The notes beneath the pieces are model-generated. The model was given only the letters and a program-made list of their open reading frames with translations. It was not told the DNA's origin and ran no database searches. Below, one piece after another: positions 30,890 to 40,650 of a DNA stretch of 64,000 nucleotides; positions within the stretch are counted from its first letter, which is position 1, and the number at the start of each line of letters is the position of its first letter. A program made the translations under genes and the position numbers. The DNA comes from Candidatus Heimdallarchaeota archaeon (GTDB taxonomy: Archaea; Asgardarchaeota; Heimdallarchaeia; Heimdallarchaeales; Heimdallarchaeaceae): assembly GCA_021399345.1 (NCBI GenBank), contig JAAFKI010000112.1, positions 155,557-219,556 on the forward strand. Reading direction: 5' to 3'.

Positions 30890-31927
30890 TCAACCAAAAA
30901 ATGCGTCAAGACTTTTCTGCTTCAAAGCAGTTTCTTGCCCTTTCTTTGCTCTTTGGAGAGTATTGATTACTCTTTCTTTTGCAAATCCGCGCTCTTCACA
31001 TAGAAACTCAACTGTTCCTTCAACATCTATCGATTTGAATTTTAGGTTAACATCTTCAACTAGTGGAGGATTAAGGAAAATGTCTCTTATTGCTTCATAA
31101 TCAGCATCAAACTCTATTTTGGTTTCATTTTCCAGAACTGTTTCTAAGTTTCCATGTTGCTTAATATATTTGTAAGCTGTTTTGGGTCCAACTCCTTTGA
31201 CACCATCTGGATTGAAGTCTGTACCAATTAAAATGGATAGATCAATAAGCTGTTCTCTTGTGATTTCAAGAGCTTGAAGTAATTCTCTTTGATTGTAGAG
31301 TTCAACATTTATTGTAGTGAACCTATTAGTTCGAGGAAGTTTTCTTCTTCCAGATAAAGTCAGGTTTCTTATCAAAATAGGAGAACCGAAAAGTAAACTG
31401 TCATAATCCTGAGATGCGACAGCATAAACTTTGTTTTTTCTTACTAAATAAGCAGCTTGTGATTCACCGTCTTGAGGTGATTCAACAACAGGAATTCCCA
31501 TTAGAGATAAAAGCTTCTTACTATCCTCAACCATAGGTTTTGTAAGCTTACTGGTTCTTTGGGCTACTGTACGAGCTCTTTCCATATCACCTCTTTCCAA
31601 TGCTTCTTCAAGTTCTTCTCTAGCTTTTTGTTTGACTGCAGCTCTTCTTTTAATTTCTTCTCTCTTTAGTTGAGATGGTTTTCCATCAAAAACATAAACT
31701 AGCTGAATTCCTTTTTCAATCAATTTTGCATTTCTGTACAAGAGACCAGATAGATGACTAGTTACCACTCCTTCTGAATCTGTTAAGAGACCTCCATCAT
31801 ATCCACGAATAGAAGCTAAAAACTGGTAGATGATATTGTAAGCATCAACTGCTAACTTCTTTTGTCTCAGATGGTCTAAATCGATGGGGGTTCCTTGAAA
31901 AAGATCGCTTATTTTTTTGACACCCAT
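30890..31927 (-). CDS. fen: Flap endonuclease 1
   Basis: MGV start, VDAYNIIYQFLASIR, TSHLSG, DGESQAA, SQDYDSLLFG, GTDFN; PIP box QKSLDAFF. Confidence 0.98.
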   Translation of the reverse strand: MGVKKISDLFQGTPIDLDHLRQKKLAVDAYNIIYQFLASIRGYDGGLLTDSEGVVTSHLSGLLYRNAKLIEKGIQLVYVFDGKPSQLKREEIKRRAAVKQKAREELEEALERGDMERARTVAQRTSKLTKPMVEDSKKLLSLMGIPVVESPQDGESQAAYLVRKNKVYAVASQDYDSLLFGSPILIRNLTLSGRRKLPRTNRFTTINVELYNQRELLQALEITREQLIDLSILIGTDFNPDGVKGVGPKTAYKYIKQHGNLETVLENETKIEFDADYEAIRDIFLNPPLVEDVNLKFKSIDVEGTVEFLCEERGFAKERVINTLQRAKKGQETALKQKSLDAFFG

Positions 31928-31990
31928 AAGTGTTCACCTAGCATGTTAATTTCTATATTTTAGTTAAAAAACTTGCCTAAAAGAAGAAAA

Positions 31991-32671
31991 TTAGCCATAA
32001 TTCCCAGTTAAAGGTACAAATGCAACTCCACCCATTTTTTTCTCCGAATATTTGTCTTCAGATTCTCTTTTTATTATAACCAGTTCTTGGTAAAATGTTC
32101 TTCCAAGAGGTAAAACGAGAATCCCACCTACTTTCAGCTGCTCTAACAAAGGAGGAGGTACTCTTTTACTAGCCGCTGCAACAGAAATAATATCATAAGG
32201 AGCTTCTTCGAGATAACCCAAACCACCGTCTGATTGAATAATTGTTACAAGATCAGAATAACCTGTTGTTTCAATGTTTTTCTTAGCAAACTCAGCAAGT
32301 TCAGGAATTATCTCACTAGCATAAACATGACCAGGATTAGAAGAACTTTGCGGAGCAACCATTTCTGCGAACATTGCAGCATTATATCCACTTCCAGCCC
32401 CAACTTCAAGGATTTTATCTCCAATTTTTGGATCAGTACATTTAGGAGAAATATAAATCATAACCATGTGGATTGCGCTAATTGTTTGCCCTGATAGAAT
32501 AGGTAGGGGTGTGTCCACGTAAGCTCTGTTTCTATGTTTCTCTAATACAAATTCTTCCCGAGGAACATTCATGAAAGCATCTATCATCCCATTTGTGAGA
32601 GAAATATCGTGAAAACGAAGTTTAGAAAGAACCTTTTTCTTCTCTTCGATTATGTTTTCATCAACTGTCAT
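31991..32671 (-). CDS. pcm: Protein-L-isoaspartate O-methyltransferase
   Basis: VPREEF, AYVDTPLPI..GQTISAIHM, LEVGAGSGYNAA, DGGLG..APYD, VAFVPL; likely start ATG 32671. Confidence 0.95.
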   Translation of the reverse strand: MTVDENIIEEKKKVLSKLRFHDISLTNGMIDAFMNVPREEFVLEKHRNRAYVDTPLPILSGQTISAIHMVMIYISPKCTDPKIGDKILEVGAGSGYNAAMFAEMVAPQSSSNPGHVYASEIIPELAEFAKKNIETTGYSDLVTIIQSDGGLGYLEEAPYDIISVAAASKRVPPPLLEQLKVGGILVLPLGRTFYQELVIIKRESEDKYSEKKMGGVAFVPLTGNYG

Positions 32672-32905
32672 TAGAAACAACATGTGCAATGATTCGACTA
32701 ATTTATAGAAATTTTTGACCTTAATGTATATTTTGGTGAATTGTTTTTTAACATTTAACAAACTATAAGAACTAACCAGAAAAACATTTCTTGATACTGA
32801 AAACTATCATAAGTTTTTAAAAATGATTCATAATATGTATATAATAGAATTAATATCTTTAAAGAAGATTAATTAAATTGGTACCGAATTAAAGGAGAAT
32901 ATCGA

Positions 32906-33205
32906 ATGATATCACAAAAACAATTTGAAGAGACTTTAAAATCCTTAGAGTCGCATCCGGGAGTAAGAGGAGTAATAATCACTAGTAATGATGGACTGCC
33001 AATTTCTAGCACACAAAATCTTAGCATGGAAATGAGAGAAAATGTGTCAGCTCTAGTTGCATCACTTGTAGGTAGGGCAAAGGCAGTTGTTACTGAGCTG
33101 AATGAAGGAGAATTGAATTTCTTCACCCTAGATACAAGTCACGGAGAAATTTTAGTTGCTCCTGAAAATGATTATGTTCTAATTGTATTGAGAGAAAAAA
33201 GTTAA
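32906..33205 (+). CDS. Roadblock/LC7 protein (dynein light chain roadblock-like; MglB position)
   Basis: [26 protein letters not shown]...[14 protein letters not shown]. Confidence 0.93.
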   Translation: MISQKQFEETLKSLESHPGVRGVIITSNDGLPISSTQNLSMEMRENVSALVASLVGRAKAVVTELNEGELNFFTLDTSHGEILVAPENDYVLIVLREKS

Positions 33206-33252
33206 GAAGGCCTTAAACACGGAGACATTATTGGAAAGTTGATGAGGAAAAG

Positions 33253-33819
33253 ATGAGAAAAGACGCATCAGGAAAAATGCATTTTAAGTTGGTCTTTGTA
33301 GGACCTAGCTTAGCTGGCAAGACTACACTACTGAAGAAACTTCACACCGATGTTACAGGGATAAAGAAGGGGGGACTGAATAGCATAGAAGATCCATCAG
33401 GAAGAACTATCTATTTTGATTTCAGTCCTTTTATGGCAACATCTTCAGTGATACTAGACATATACACAGTAGCAGGACAAAGAAGACATAGACATCAAAG
33501 GTCTCTAGTGTTAAAGGGAGTGGATGGATTGCTATTTGTAGCAGACTCATCCCGAGCAATGTTAGCGGATAATGTAGAATCTGCTGAGGAACTGAAAAAT
33601 GAACTAGGAGATAAAATTGGTACAGAAACGCCCATTGTTATTGCACTGAACAAGAGAGATGCCCCTGATGCAATGCCAAAAAAAGAATTGGTAGATGCTC
33701 TTAATTTGGGAGCAAATATACCTGTTTATGAAACAATAGCTATTGAAGGTATTGGAGTAAAAAGAGCATTTCAATCTCTATCTAGAGAAGTTCTTCTCAA
33801 AAAATTATACGCGGTTTAA
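33253..33819 (+). CDS. mglA: MglA-family small GTPase
   Basis: GPSLAGKTT, RTIYFDF, YTVAGQ, LKGVDGLLFVADS, NKRD; directly follows a roadblock gene. Confidence 0.88.
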   Translation: MRKDASGKMHFKLVFVGPSLAGKTTLLKKLHTDVTGIKKGGLNSIEDPSGRTIYFDFSPFMATSSVILDIYTVAGQRRHRHQRSLVLKGVDGLLFVADSSRAMLADNVESAEELKNELGDKIGTETPIVIALNKRDAPDAMPKKELVDALNLGANIPVYETIAIEGIGVKRAFQSLSREVLLKKLYAV

Positions 33820-33845
33820 TCAAGAAAGGGAGAGGATATTTCCAC

Positions 33846-34562
33846 TTATTGTTTACCTGGCAACAAGAGGATATGATCAATGTTTGAGGTTTCATCTTGG
33901 TCAATAATGAAACGCACTGCTTTTGCAACATCTTCAACCGCTAACATTTTGGTTCTATCAACTTCTTTTCCATCAAACCAAGGGGTGTCAACTGAACCAG
34001 GGTTAATAGTAGCTGCTTTTACTCTAGTACCCTTTAGTTCATCTCTTAAACACCAAACCATAGCTTGTACAGCATGTTTAGTTCCAGCATAAAGACTACA
34101 TCTAGCACCCGTTTTCATACCTAAATTGGATGAAGTTACAATTACATGACCGCTATTTTGTTCTTTTAATAGTGGTAATACTTTGTTAATCCAAAGGAAA
34201 ACTCCTCGAACATTTGTATTAAATTGAGCATCATATTGCTTAATTGTTAAATCTTCTAAATTGCCAAAGTAACCAACACCAGCATTAGCAAAAAGAACAT
34301 CTACACCACCTAACTTCTTTTTTACATCTTGAAAATGACTTTCTACATCTGCTTCAACACCTACATCACCTACACCATAATGTGCATCACACCCTAGTGA
34401 GTTTAACTTACTACATATTTGTTGAAGTCTTTCTTCATTACGACCAGTTAAATAAAAACGGTGACCACTTTTTGCCATTTCTAATGCTGCGGCCCCACCA
34501 ATACCGCTAGAACCTCCGGTGATAATTACACGTAATGATTTTTGCTCTTTAGTGTCATTCAT
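33846..34562 (-). CDS. Short-chain dehydrogenase/reductase
   Basis: TGGSSGIG, ANAG, YAGTK, NPGSVDT. Confidence 0.95.
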   Translation of the reverse strand: MNDTKEQKSLRVIITGGSSGIGGAAALEMAKSGHRFYLTGRNEERLQQICSKLNSLGCDAHYGVGDVGVEADVESHFQDVKKKLGGVDVLFANAGVGYFGNLEDLTIKQYDAQFNTNVRGVFLWINKVLPLLKEQNSGHVIVTSSNLGMKTGARCSLYAGTKHAVQAMVWCLRDELKGTRVKAATINPGSVDTPWFDGKEVDRTKMLAVEDVAKAVRFIIDQDETSNIDHILLLPGKQ

Positions 34563-34697
34563 GAAAAGAAATTTCAGCTATAGTTAATATTCTTTTACAT
34601 TAATCATTAACATATATTCTCTCCACTTCAAACGATTCAAAACAGTTATTACATTATTGATTCATTTTAACCTATAATATATACAGTTGGTATAATA

Positions 34698-36041
34698 GTG
34701 GATTTTGAAACAAAATCATTTCTCTATTTCTTTATTGCATGCAGAAGGCGTATAAAATCAATGTCTAAAGAGAAACTTGAGAAATATCAATTAAAGAAAT
34801 CTCAAAATATTGTTCAATACGCTACAAATAATTCAGATTTTTTCAAAGAATACTACAGAAAGTTAGATTCAAAAGATGTCTGGAATCTCCCTACTGTCGA
34901 TAAAAAAATAATGATGGAAAATTTAACCAATTATAACACAGTTGGTTTAAAAAAACAGGAATTAATTGATTTTTGTTTAAGGAATGAAGAAACTCAGAAT
35001 TTTGATGAACGATATGGAAAGTACAATGTTGCAATGTCTTCGGGAACAAGCGGTAACAAGGGGGTTGTTATCACTAGTCCTTCTGAGGAAAGATATTTAC
35101 GCGCTGCGTTTTTTTCACGTTTTAGTTTTCCTCGAACTTTGCGATTGAATATTGCATTTATCCTACGTGTGACAACTCCTGCTTTTCAGATTGACAAATT
35201 CGGACAAAAACTTACTCACATTAGTCAGTTAAACACAATTGATAAAATAAAACATCAATTACAAGAACTTCAACCAAACGTGCTTTCAGCTCCTCCTTCA
35301 ATGCTTGAAATGCTTGCAAACGAGATAAACGAAGGTAGATTGAATATCTCCCCCAAGAGAGTAATTTCTTATGCTGAAATACTCTATCCAGAAACCGAAG
35401 AAAAGCTTGAACAAATATATGGTAGTAAAATTCATCAAATATATCAAGCAAGTGAGGGATCAATAGCTATGTCTTGTAAACATGGTTCTTTACACATTAA
35501 TGAGGATTTGATATATGTTCAGACCTTAAATTCAGATGGAACACCAACACCCCCAGGAGAACCTTGTTATAAAATGATAATCACTGATTTGCATCGAACC
35601 GCACAACCAATAATTCGCTATGAATTAAACGACTTGATCATAACAAGCCCATATAAATGTGAGTGTGGTTCTTCATTTAGAGTGATTGAGCAAGTTCTAG
35701 GTAGATCAGATGATTTGTTTTGGGCAAAAAGAAATGATAATGGTGAGATGCAATTTATCTTTCCTGACTACATTAGACGTGCTATTATTAGCAGCTCTGA
35801 GGAAATCGAAGAATATCAAGCTATTCAGAAAAACTATAGTAAAGTTGTAATTCATATTATTTCAAAAACTAATGCAGATAAAGGAACTATTTCAAAGTGT
35901 ATAGAAGAGAAAATCCAACAGGTGTTTGGAAAACATAATTGTAAAACACCAAAAATTGAAGTTGTTTTTAAAACAAAATTGGAAAGAGATGTCTCTCAAA
36001 AGATAATCCGAATCTCTAGAGATTTTGATGTTCCCTTCTAG
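34698..36041 (+). CDS. F390 synthetase/PaaK-related adenylate-forming enzyme
   Basis: SSGTSGNKG, YAEIL, HQIYQASEG, TDLHR..QPIIRYELND, GRSDD. Confidence 0.85.
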   Translation: MDFETKSFLYFFIACRRRIKSMSKEKLEKYQLKKSQNIVQYATNNSDFFKEYYRKLDSKDVWNLPTVDKKIMMENLTNYNTVGLKKQELIDFCLRNEETQNFDERYGKYNVAMSSGTSGNKGVVITSPSEERYLRAAFFSRFSFPRTLRLNIAFILRVTTPAFQIDKFGQKLTHISQLNTIDKIKHQLQELQPNVLSAPPSMLEMLANEINEGRLNISPKRVISYAEILYPETEEKLEQIYGSKIHQIYQASEGSIAMSCKHGSLHINEDLIYVQTLNSDGTPTPPGEPCYKMIITDLHRTAQPIIRYELNDLIITSPYKCECGSSFRVIEQVLGRSDDLFWAKRNDNGEMQFIFPDYIRRAIISSSEEIEEYQAIQKNYSKVVIHIISKTNADKGTISKCIEEKIQQVFGKHNCKTPKIEVVFKTKLERDVSQKIIRISRDFDVPF

Positions 36042-36145
36042 AATGAATTCATTTGAAATCTAACTATTTGTCTTATGTAAACAATTTTACCATTTAATAG
36101 TCAAAATCTGCGAATATTATTCAATCACCGATATACTTTCTTTTT

Positions 36146-37543
36146 TTATTTTGCTAAATTTTCTAGAAGATAAAGGCTTGTTTTAACTCCCTTTACAAAC
36201 CATTCCACCATCATATTTTCATTTGGAGCATGATTATCTTCGTCTGGCTGTGCATATGGTATAATGTACATTGGTTTCTTTGTTGCTTTGTATAGTGAAT
36301 ACAAAGGTAAGCTTCCACCTGCCAGAGGAATCAGCAAGGGTTTTTCTCCAAATCCTTTCTGAATAGAACGCTCAAGAATTTCTGTCCAAGGAAGTCCAAT
36401 TGGTGTAAACATGGGATAAAAACTTGTTTCAGATTTGAAGGAACATCTCTCAAGTATCTGCTTATACCGATCATTTGTTCTCTTCAATTTTTCAATATGA
36501 TTAAAGAATAATTGTTTAATCTTATCAGGTTCTTGATTTGGTACAAGTCTGATATCTAATTCAACATAAGCTTCCTTGGGTATAATTGTTTTAGCTTTTT
36601 CCTTAACACTTCCAGAACTAAAACCACGAATGTTAAATGTAGGTCTAAACATTAAACGATGAACAAGTGGTTGATCTTGTTCTTCCCCGAAATAAGAAAT
36701 TCCTAACTGGTCCAGGTATACCTCAGGATCACGATTGAGTTTCTTTACTGCGTCTAAAGCGGCTTCACTAGGAGTAAAAACGTCATTATAAAAACCATTA
36801 ATCAAACATTTACCAGTATCATCTTTCATAGTTTTGAGGATTGTAATCAAATCCCAAACTGGATTTGGTTGGATTCCACCAAAATTTCCAGAATGTACAT
36901 CTCCTTTAGCAGTCTGTAAATGAAGCTGAATAGTCACTATTCCTCTAGCACCGAACTCAAGAGTTGGTTTCCAAGTAGGATCAGCAGGCCCATCGGATAC
37001 AATAACTAAATCAATATTGCTGAAGAATTCCTTTTCTATTGAAATTGCTTCATCTAGATTAACAGAACCCAATTCTTCTTCACCATCCAAAATGAGTTTA
37101 ACATGTGCACCCAATTGGTTTGATTTTATCATACACTCAATAGCTGCTATATGCGCAAAAAACTGTCCTTTGTTATCTCCAACCCCTCTTGCATAGATTC
37201 TACCGTCTCTAATTTCAGGTTCAAAAGGAGGAGAAAGCCACTTATCTAATGGATCAGGAGGTTGAACATCATAATGGCCATAAAAGAGAATAGTTGTTGG
37301 TACCTTCGCAGAGATTTCACTAATTTGAGGTTTCCATTCAGCAATAACAACAGGATTACCTTGAGTAGGAATCTGTTGTACAAAGTCAGCAGTTTGTTTT
37401 AATCTCTTCTCAAGCCAGTTTGCAGCTTCTTGAACTGATTTGTTATCTCGAGTAACACTGGGGATTCTTATTAAATCGAATAAATCTTCCAAAAAGGAAT
37501 TCTGAAACTTGTCTAAATATTCTAACGATTTCACTTTATTCAC
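36146..37543 (-). CDS. M20-family metallopeptidase (dipeptidase/ArgE-like)
   Basis: YGHYDVQP, RGVGDNKG, GEEELGS, DVHSG, NHAPNE. Confidence 0.95.
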   Translation of the reverse strand: MNKVKSLEYLDKFQNSFLEDLFDLIRIPSVTRDNKSVQEAANWLEKRLKQTADFVQQIPTQGNPVVIAEWKPQISEISAKVPTTILFYGHYDVQPPDPLDKWLSPPFEPEIRDGRIYARGVGDNKGQFFAHIAAIECMIKSNQLGAHVKLILDGEEELGSVNLDEAISIEKEFFSNIDLVIVSDGPADPTWKPTLEFGARGIVTIQLHLQTAKGDVHSGNFGGIQPNPVWDLITILKTMKDDTGKCLINGFYNDVFTPSEAALDAVKKLNRDPEVYLDQLGISYFGEEQDQPLVHRLMFRPTFNIRGFSSGSVKEKAKTIIPKEAYVELDIRLVPNQEPDKIKQLFFNHIEKLKRTNDRYKQILERCSFKSETSFYPMFTPIGLPWTEILERSIQKGFGEKPLLIPLAGGSLPLYSLYKATKKPMYIIPYAQPDEDNHAPNENMMVEWFVKGVKTSLYLLENLAK

Positions 37544-37614
37544 TCACTAAAACTATAGTTCTCTTGTATCAATTAAGAGGGGAGTATAAATATTTCTGTG
37601 CAGTTCTTGGGAGT

Positions 37615-38088
37615 CTATTTAGCAGGAGTTTCAATTTTTTTTCCTAACCAAAAGAACAGAGCAGCTAATCCTCCTGCGAAGATTCCGGCATAAAAACCTG
37701 AATCAAACCACCAATCAGCATGACTAACAGATATAGCAAAAATTATCCCAGATACAACTGTAAGAATTACAATTCCTATAGCTGTCCAAAAACCTGCTTT
37801 TTCAATTTTCACTTCTCTTTCAGCTGACATAGTAATTACAGGATAAATTTTCTGTAAAGCCACATATGCAGTAAATAGAAAACCGAGAACAATTGGAACA
37901 TGTGCAAATTGTCCCCAAGGTGCAGCTACAGAAGTATCAATTGAGAAGTAATAATAATAACCGATATACCATCCACCTATACCATCTATTGCAACTAGAA
38001 CAAGACCAACAATACTAGCAATCATAGTGCCTACATAAAGAGCTGGTCTAGCATATTCAGGGACTTCCTTTTCTGACGACATAATCAA
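37615..38088 (-). CDS. Four-TM membrane protein of unknown function
   Basis: Four hydrophobic helices; WWFDSGFYAG motif. Confidence 0.75.
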   Translation of the reverse strand: MIMSSEKEVPEYARPALYVGTMIASIVGLVLVAIDGIGGWYIGYYYYFSIDTSVAAPWGQFAHVPIVLGFLFTAYVALQKIYPVITMSAEREVKIEKAGFWTAIGIVILTVVSGIIFAISVSHADWWFDSGFYAGIFAGGLAALFFWLGKKIETPAK

Positions 38089-38174
38089 ATATTGCTCAAG
38101 ACTAGTTTAAAAATTTATTTGGAGGACAAAAATATCAAAACATACTAGACTTTAAGAAGAGGAATTAGAGAGTA

Positions 38175-38193
38175 AACGAAAGTTTTATTAAAA
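38175..38193 (+). promoter_or_regulatory. BRE/TATA promoter of tRNA-Lys(CTT)
   Basis: AACGAAAGTTTTATTAAAA ending about 25 nt before the tRNA; identical to the element before the other tRNA-Lys. Confidence 0.8.
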
Positions 38194-38217
38194 AACTGAT
38201 TGAAAGAAAAACGATAA

Positions 38218-38315
38218 GGGCCTGTGGCTCAGTTAGGTAGAGCGTTGGACTCTTAGACAAGGAAACTTGTAGAGTAATCCAGTGGTCGCCGGTTCAAATC
38301 CGGCCAGGCTCGCCA
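38218..38315 (+). tRNA. tRNA-Lys(CTT) with 21-nt intron (38256-38276) at position 37/38; CCA encoded
   Basis: Cloverleaf GGGCCTG/CAGGCTC, D-arm GCTC/GAGC, T-loop GGTTCAAATCC. BHB motif: CTCT/AGAG helix, TAG and TAA bulges, ACAAG-GAAA-CTTGT hairpin. Confidence 0.95.
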
Positions 38316-38326
38316 CACTTCTCTTT

Positions 38327-39559
38327 TTATCTTCCTCTTAAGAGCATCTTTTTCTTTGTTTTCTCGTATTCTTCATCTACTAATTTGTCATAGTCTCTAT
38401 CAATTGGTTCTGATTTTCGTGTCTTTTTCCTATTTTTGTATCTTTGAATTCTCATCTCAATATGTTCTCTTCTCATCCCATACATAGTCCATGTCGATAA
38501 TGTTACTAAGTATATCAATAGTACAATACCTAGTATAAGATTGCTGTATATTTTTTCTATTGGTTCCAGGTTCTCGTCTAATGGGTACTTATCTATGACA
38601 TCTGACCCTTCTATCTCGTATTTATATGAAAAACCATTTGTTTTGAAGTCATTCCAATAGTTCCCTTCTTTAGCAGCTTCATCATACCATTGATTTTCAT
38701 TGCGAGAGGAACTATCGTAAGCTTGGCTTTTTCCTTCTAAATTGTTTGAAATGAATTTATTATGATGAATTAGATTGTAATCTGACCGATCTAGATAAAC
38801 CCCATTTCTCTGATTTTCAAACATCAGATTAAATGTTACATTACATAAGTCCATATGATAGGCTCTTATACCAAAAGTATTGTTTCTAAAATAATTACCT
38901 TCTATATTTGATTTATCGATAAAATACAGTCTTAACCCTTCATCTAAATTGTTAGTTAGGTTGTTATCTATTATTTGTGCAAAATTACAGTATGATAGCC
39001 TGATACCAGACCAGAAATTATAGGAACAGTTATTCCCTTCTATCAATGTAAATTCAGAACTAAAAACGTAAATTCCATAATCATTTTGCGAACAGGTGTT
39101 ATTCAGGATTTTACAGTAATCACTGTTTCTAATTTCAATACCATAACTAAAGTAATCTACTTCATAGCTGAAACTAAAACAATTTCGAACAACCGAGGTG
39201 TTTGGTGCTGTATCTCTTATTCTAATACCACTTATATTAGCAGCTACGTACCCATTCTGAACTATAAAATGTTTTGAAGTCTCTTGAATATTAATCCCAA
39301 ATTCAGATGTGGTTTCAATATCAAAAGATTCTACCACATACGGGGATTCTTCACTACCATTACCTGAAAAGCCATATGAAATAAAATCGTCATCACTTGT
39401 AATGTTGATGGGGTTTGTATAGAGAGGAGAATCTATTGTAATAGGCTTAGAAAATGTTCTCCTTTCAACGTAATTTTCTGGTTGTAAACTAAACACATGA
39501 GGAAAAATTCCTGAGAAAACTAAAAACAATATTACAAATCTCAGTTTTATTTGACACAT
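38327..39559 (-). CDS. Secreted right-handed beta-helix (NosD/CASH) protein with C-terminal TM anchor
   Basis: Signal peptide; GNGSEESPYVV; repeated NN..GI.L; GNYWND...DKYPL; TM with basic tail. Confidence 0.88.
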   Translation of the reverse strand: MCQIKLRFVILFLVFSGIFPHVFSLQPENYVERRTFSKPITIDSPLYTNPINITSDDDFISYGFSGNGSEESPYVVESFDIETTSEFGINIQETSKHFIVQNGYVAANISGIRIRDTAPNTSVVRNCFSFSYEVDYFSYGIEIRNSDYCKILNNTCSQNDYGIYVFSSEFTLIEGNNCSYNFWSGIRLSYCNFAQIIDNNLTNNLDEGLRLYFIDKSNIEGNYFRNNTFGIRAYHMDLCNVTFNLMFENQRNGVYLDRSDYNLIHHNKFISNNLEGKSQAYDSSSRNENQWYDEAAKEGNYWNDFKTNGFSYKYEIEGSDVIDKYPLDENLEPIEKIYSNLILGIVLLIYLVTLSTWTMYGMRREHIEMRIQRYKNRKKTRKSEPIDRDYDKLVDEEYEKTKKKMLLRGR

Positions 39560-39625
39560 TTTTCTCTACTCTTGATACTATCAATCATTAAGTAAAAGAA
39601 ATTAGATATTTAACTTTTATTGATT

Positions 39626-40558
39626 CTAATTCTCTATTCTTAATTGTTCAGCATAATCTCTCTCCCACTCCTTGATAAGATGTTTCTCCCAAGTATCTGT
39701 ATCAATTAATATCTTAATTATTTCCTCAAAATGCTTTTTCTCTTCAAAAATCTGAAAAGCTTCATCTATTTCTATTCCTTCATTGTAAAGCCAATCATTG
39801 CATAAATCAGCTACAAATTCTGCAAATCTTCTATAAATTGCGCGATTTTCTTTCTTATGAGATATTACTACAGCAAAAGCTTTCTCAATTTTTTGAACAT
39901 AAATGATTAAATTCTCACTCTCAAGGATTTTCAGTTCCCCTAATCCAATTGATTTTCCTAAATCTAGAACAGCAGACATAAAGGCAGTTATGAGGGTTGC
40001 ATCATAAGGTAAAGATAAAGTTAACATAAGAAAAACAGGCTGTCCTGATTCTAAGGTTATTAACATATCCACATCTTGTATAAGTAGGGGTTTTTCTAAA
40101 TCATCTTCAACTTCAATCATAACACTTTTCTTCTTTTGTGAGTTGATCGTTCGTCTATTGATGATCAAATTCAGATTTCGCATGAAATAATATATTCCTT
40201 CTCTTTCCTTCTCAAGAAGTTCTTCGTCTTCGATCCATGGAGTACTTTCTTTGATAATCTCTAAAGGTTGAAAGTTGTCTTGAAAATTCTTCTTCACTCT
40301 ACTTACTAAGGATTCGTAAGTTCCTTTCTCTTTTACAATAGTAAGAATATAGTCCCCTTTTGCTTCACAAACAATCTCGTTATTACCAAATTCAATTAGT
40401 TTAGGAGACTTTTCACCAAACTCACCGATAATTGATGTTACTGCAGTAATGTAACTGATTACCTCTACATTCTTCTCTTCAGATGCCCATTGGGAATCAT
40501 AGATTCTGTAGTATCTACATGAACCTGAAGTTTTCAGTACAAGAACTGCTTTAACCAA
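39626..40558 (-). CDS. Tandem (double) longin-like protein
   Basis: Unit 1 VKAVLVLKTSGSCRYYR..ISYITAV; unit 2 MLITLESGQPVF..DATLITAFMSAVLDLG..GELKILE (Asgard longin pattern). Confidence 0.7.
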   Translation of the reverse strand: MVKAVLVLKTSGSCRYYRIYDSQWASEEKNVEVISYITAVTSIIGEFGEKSPKLIEFGNNEIVCEAKGDYILTIVKEKGTYESLVSRVKKNFQDNFQPLEIIKESTPWIEDEELLEKEREGIYYFMRNLNLIINRRTINSQKKKSVMIEVEDDLEKPLLIQDVDMLITLESGQPVFLMLTLSLPYDATLITAFMSAVLDLGKSIGLGELKILESENLIIYVQKIEKAFAVVISHKKENRAIYRRFAEFVADLCNDWLYNEGIEIDEAFQIFEEKKHFEEIIKILIDTDTWEKHLIKEWERDYAEQLRIEN

Positions 40559-40650
40559 CCTAAATCACACTAAACTAATATATCGGTAATCGAGTATACC
40601 TTCAACAAATAGAAATAAGTCTTAAAAGCTTTCTTTAAGGGAAAAAGATA

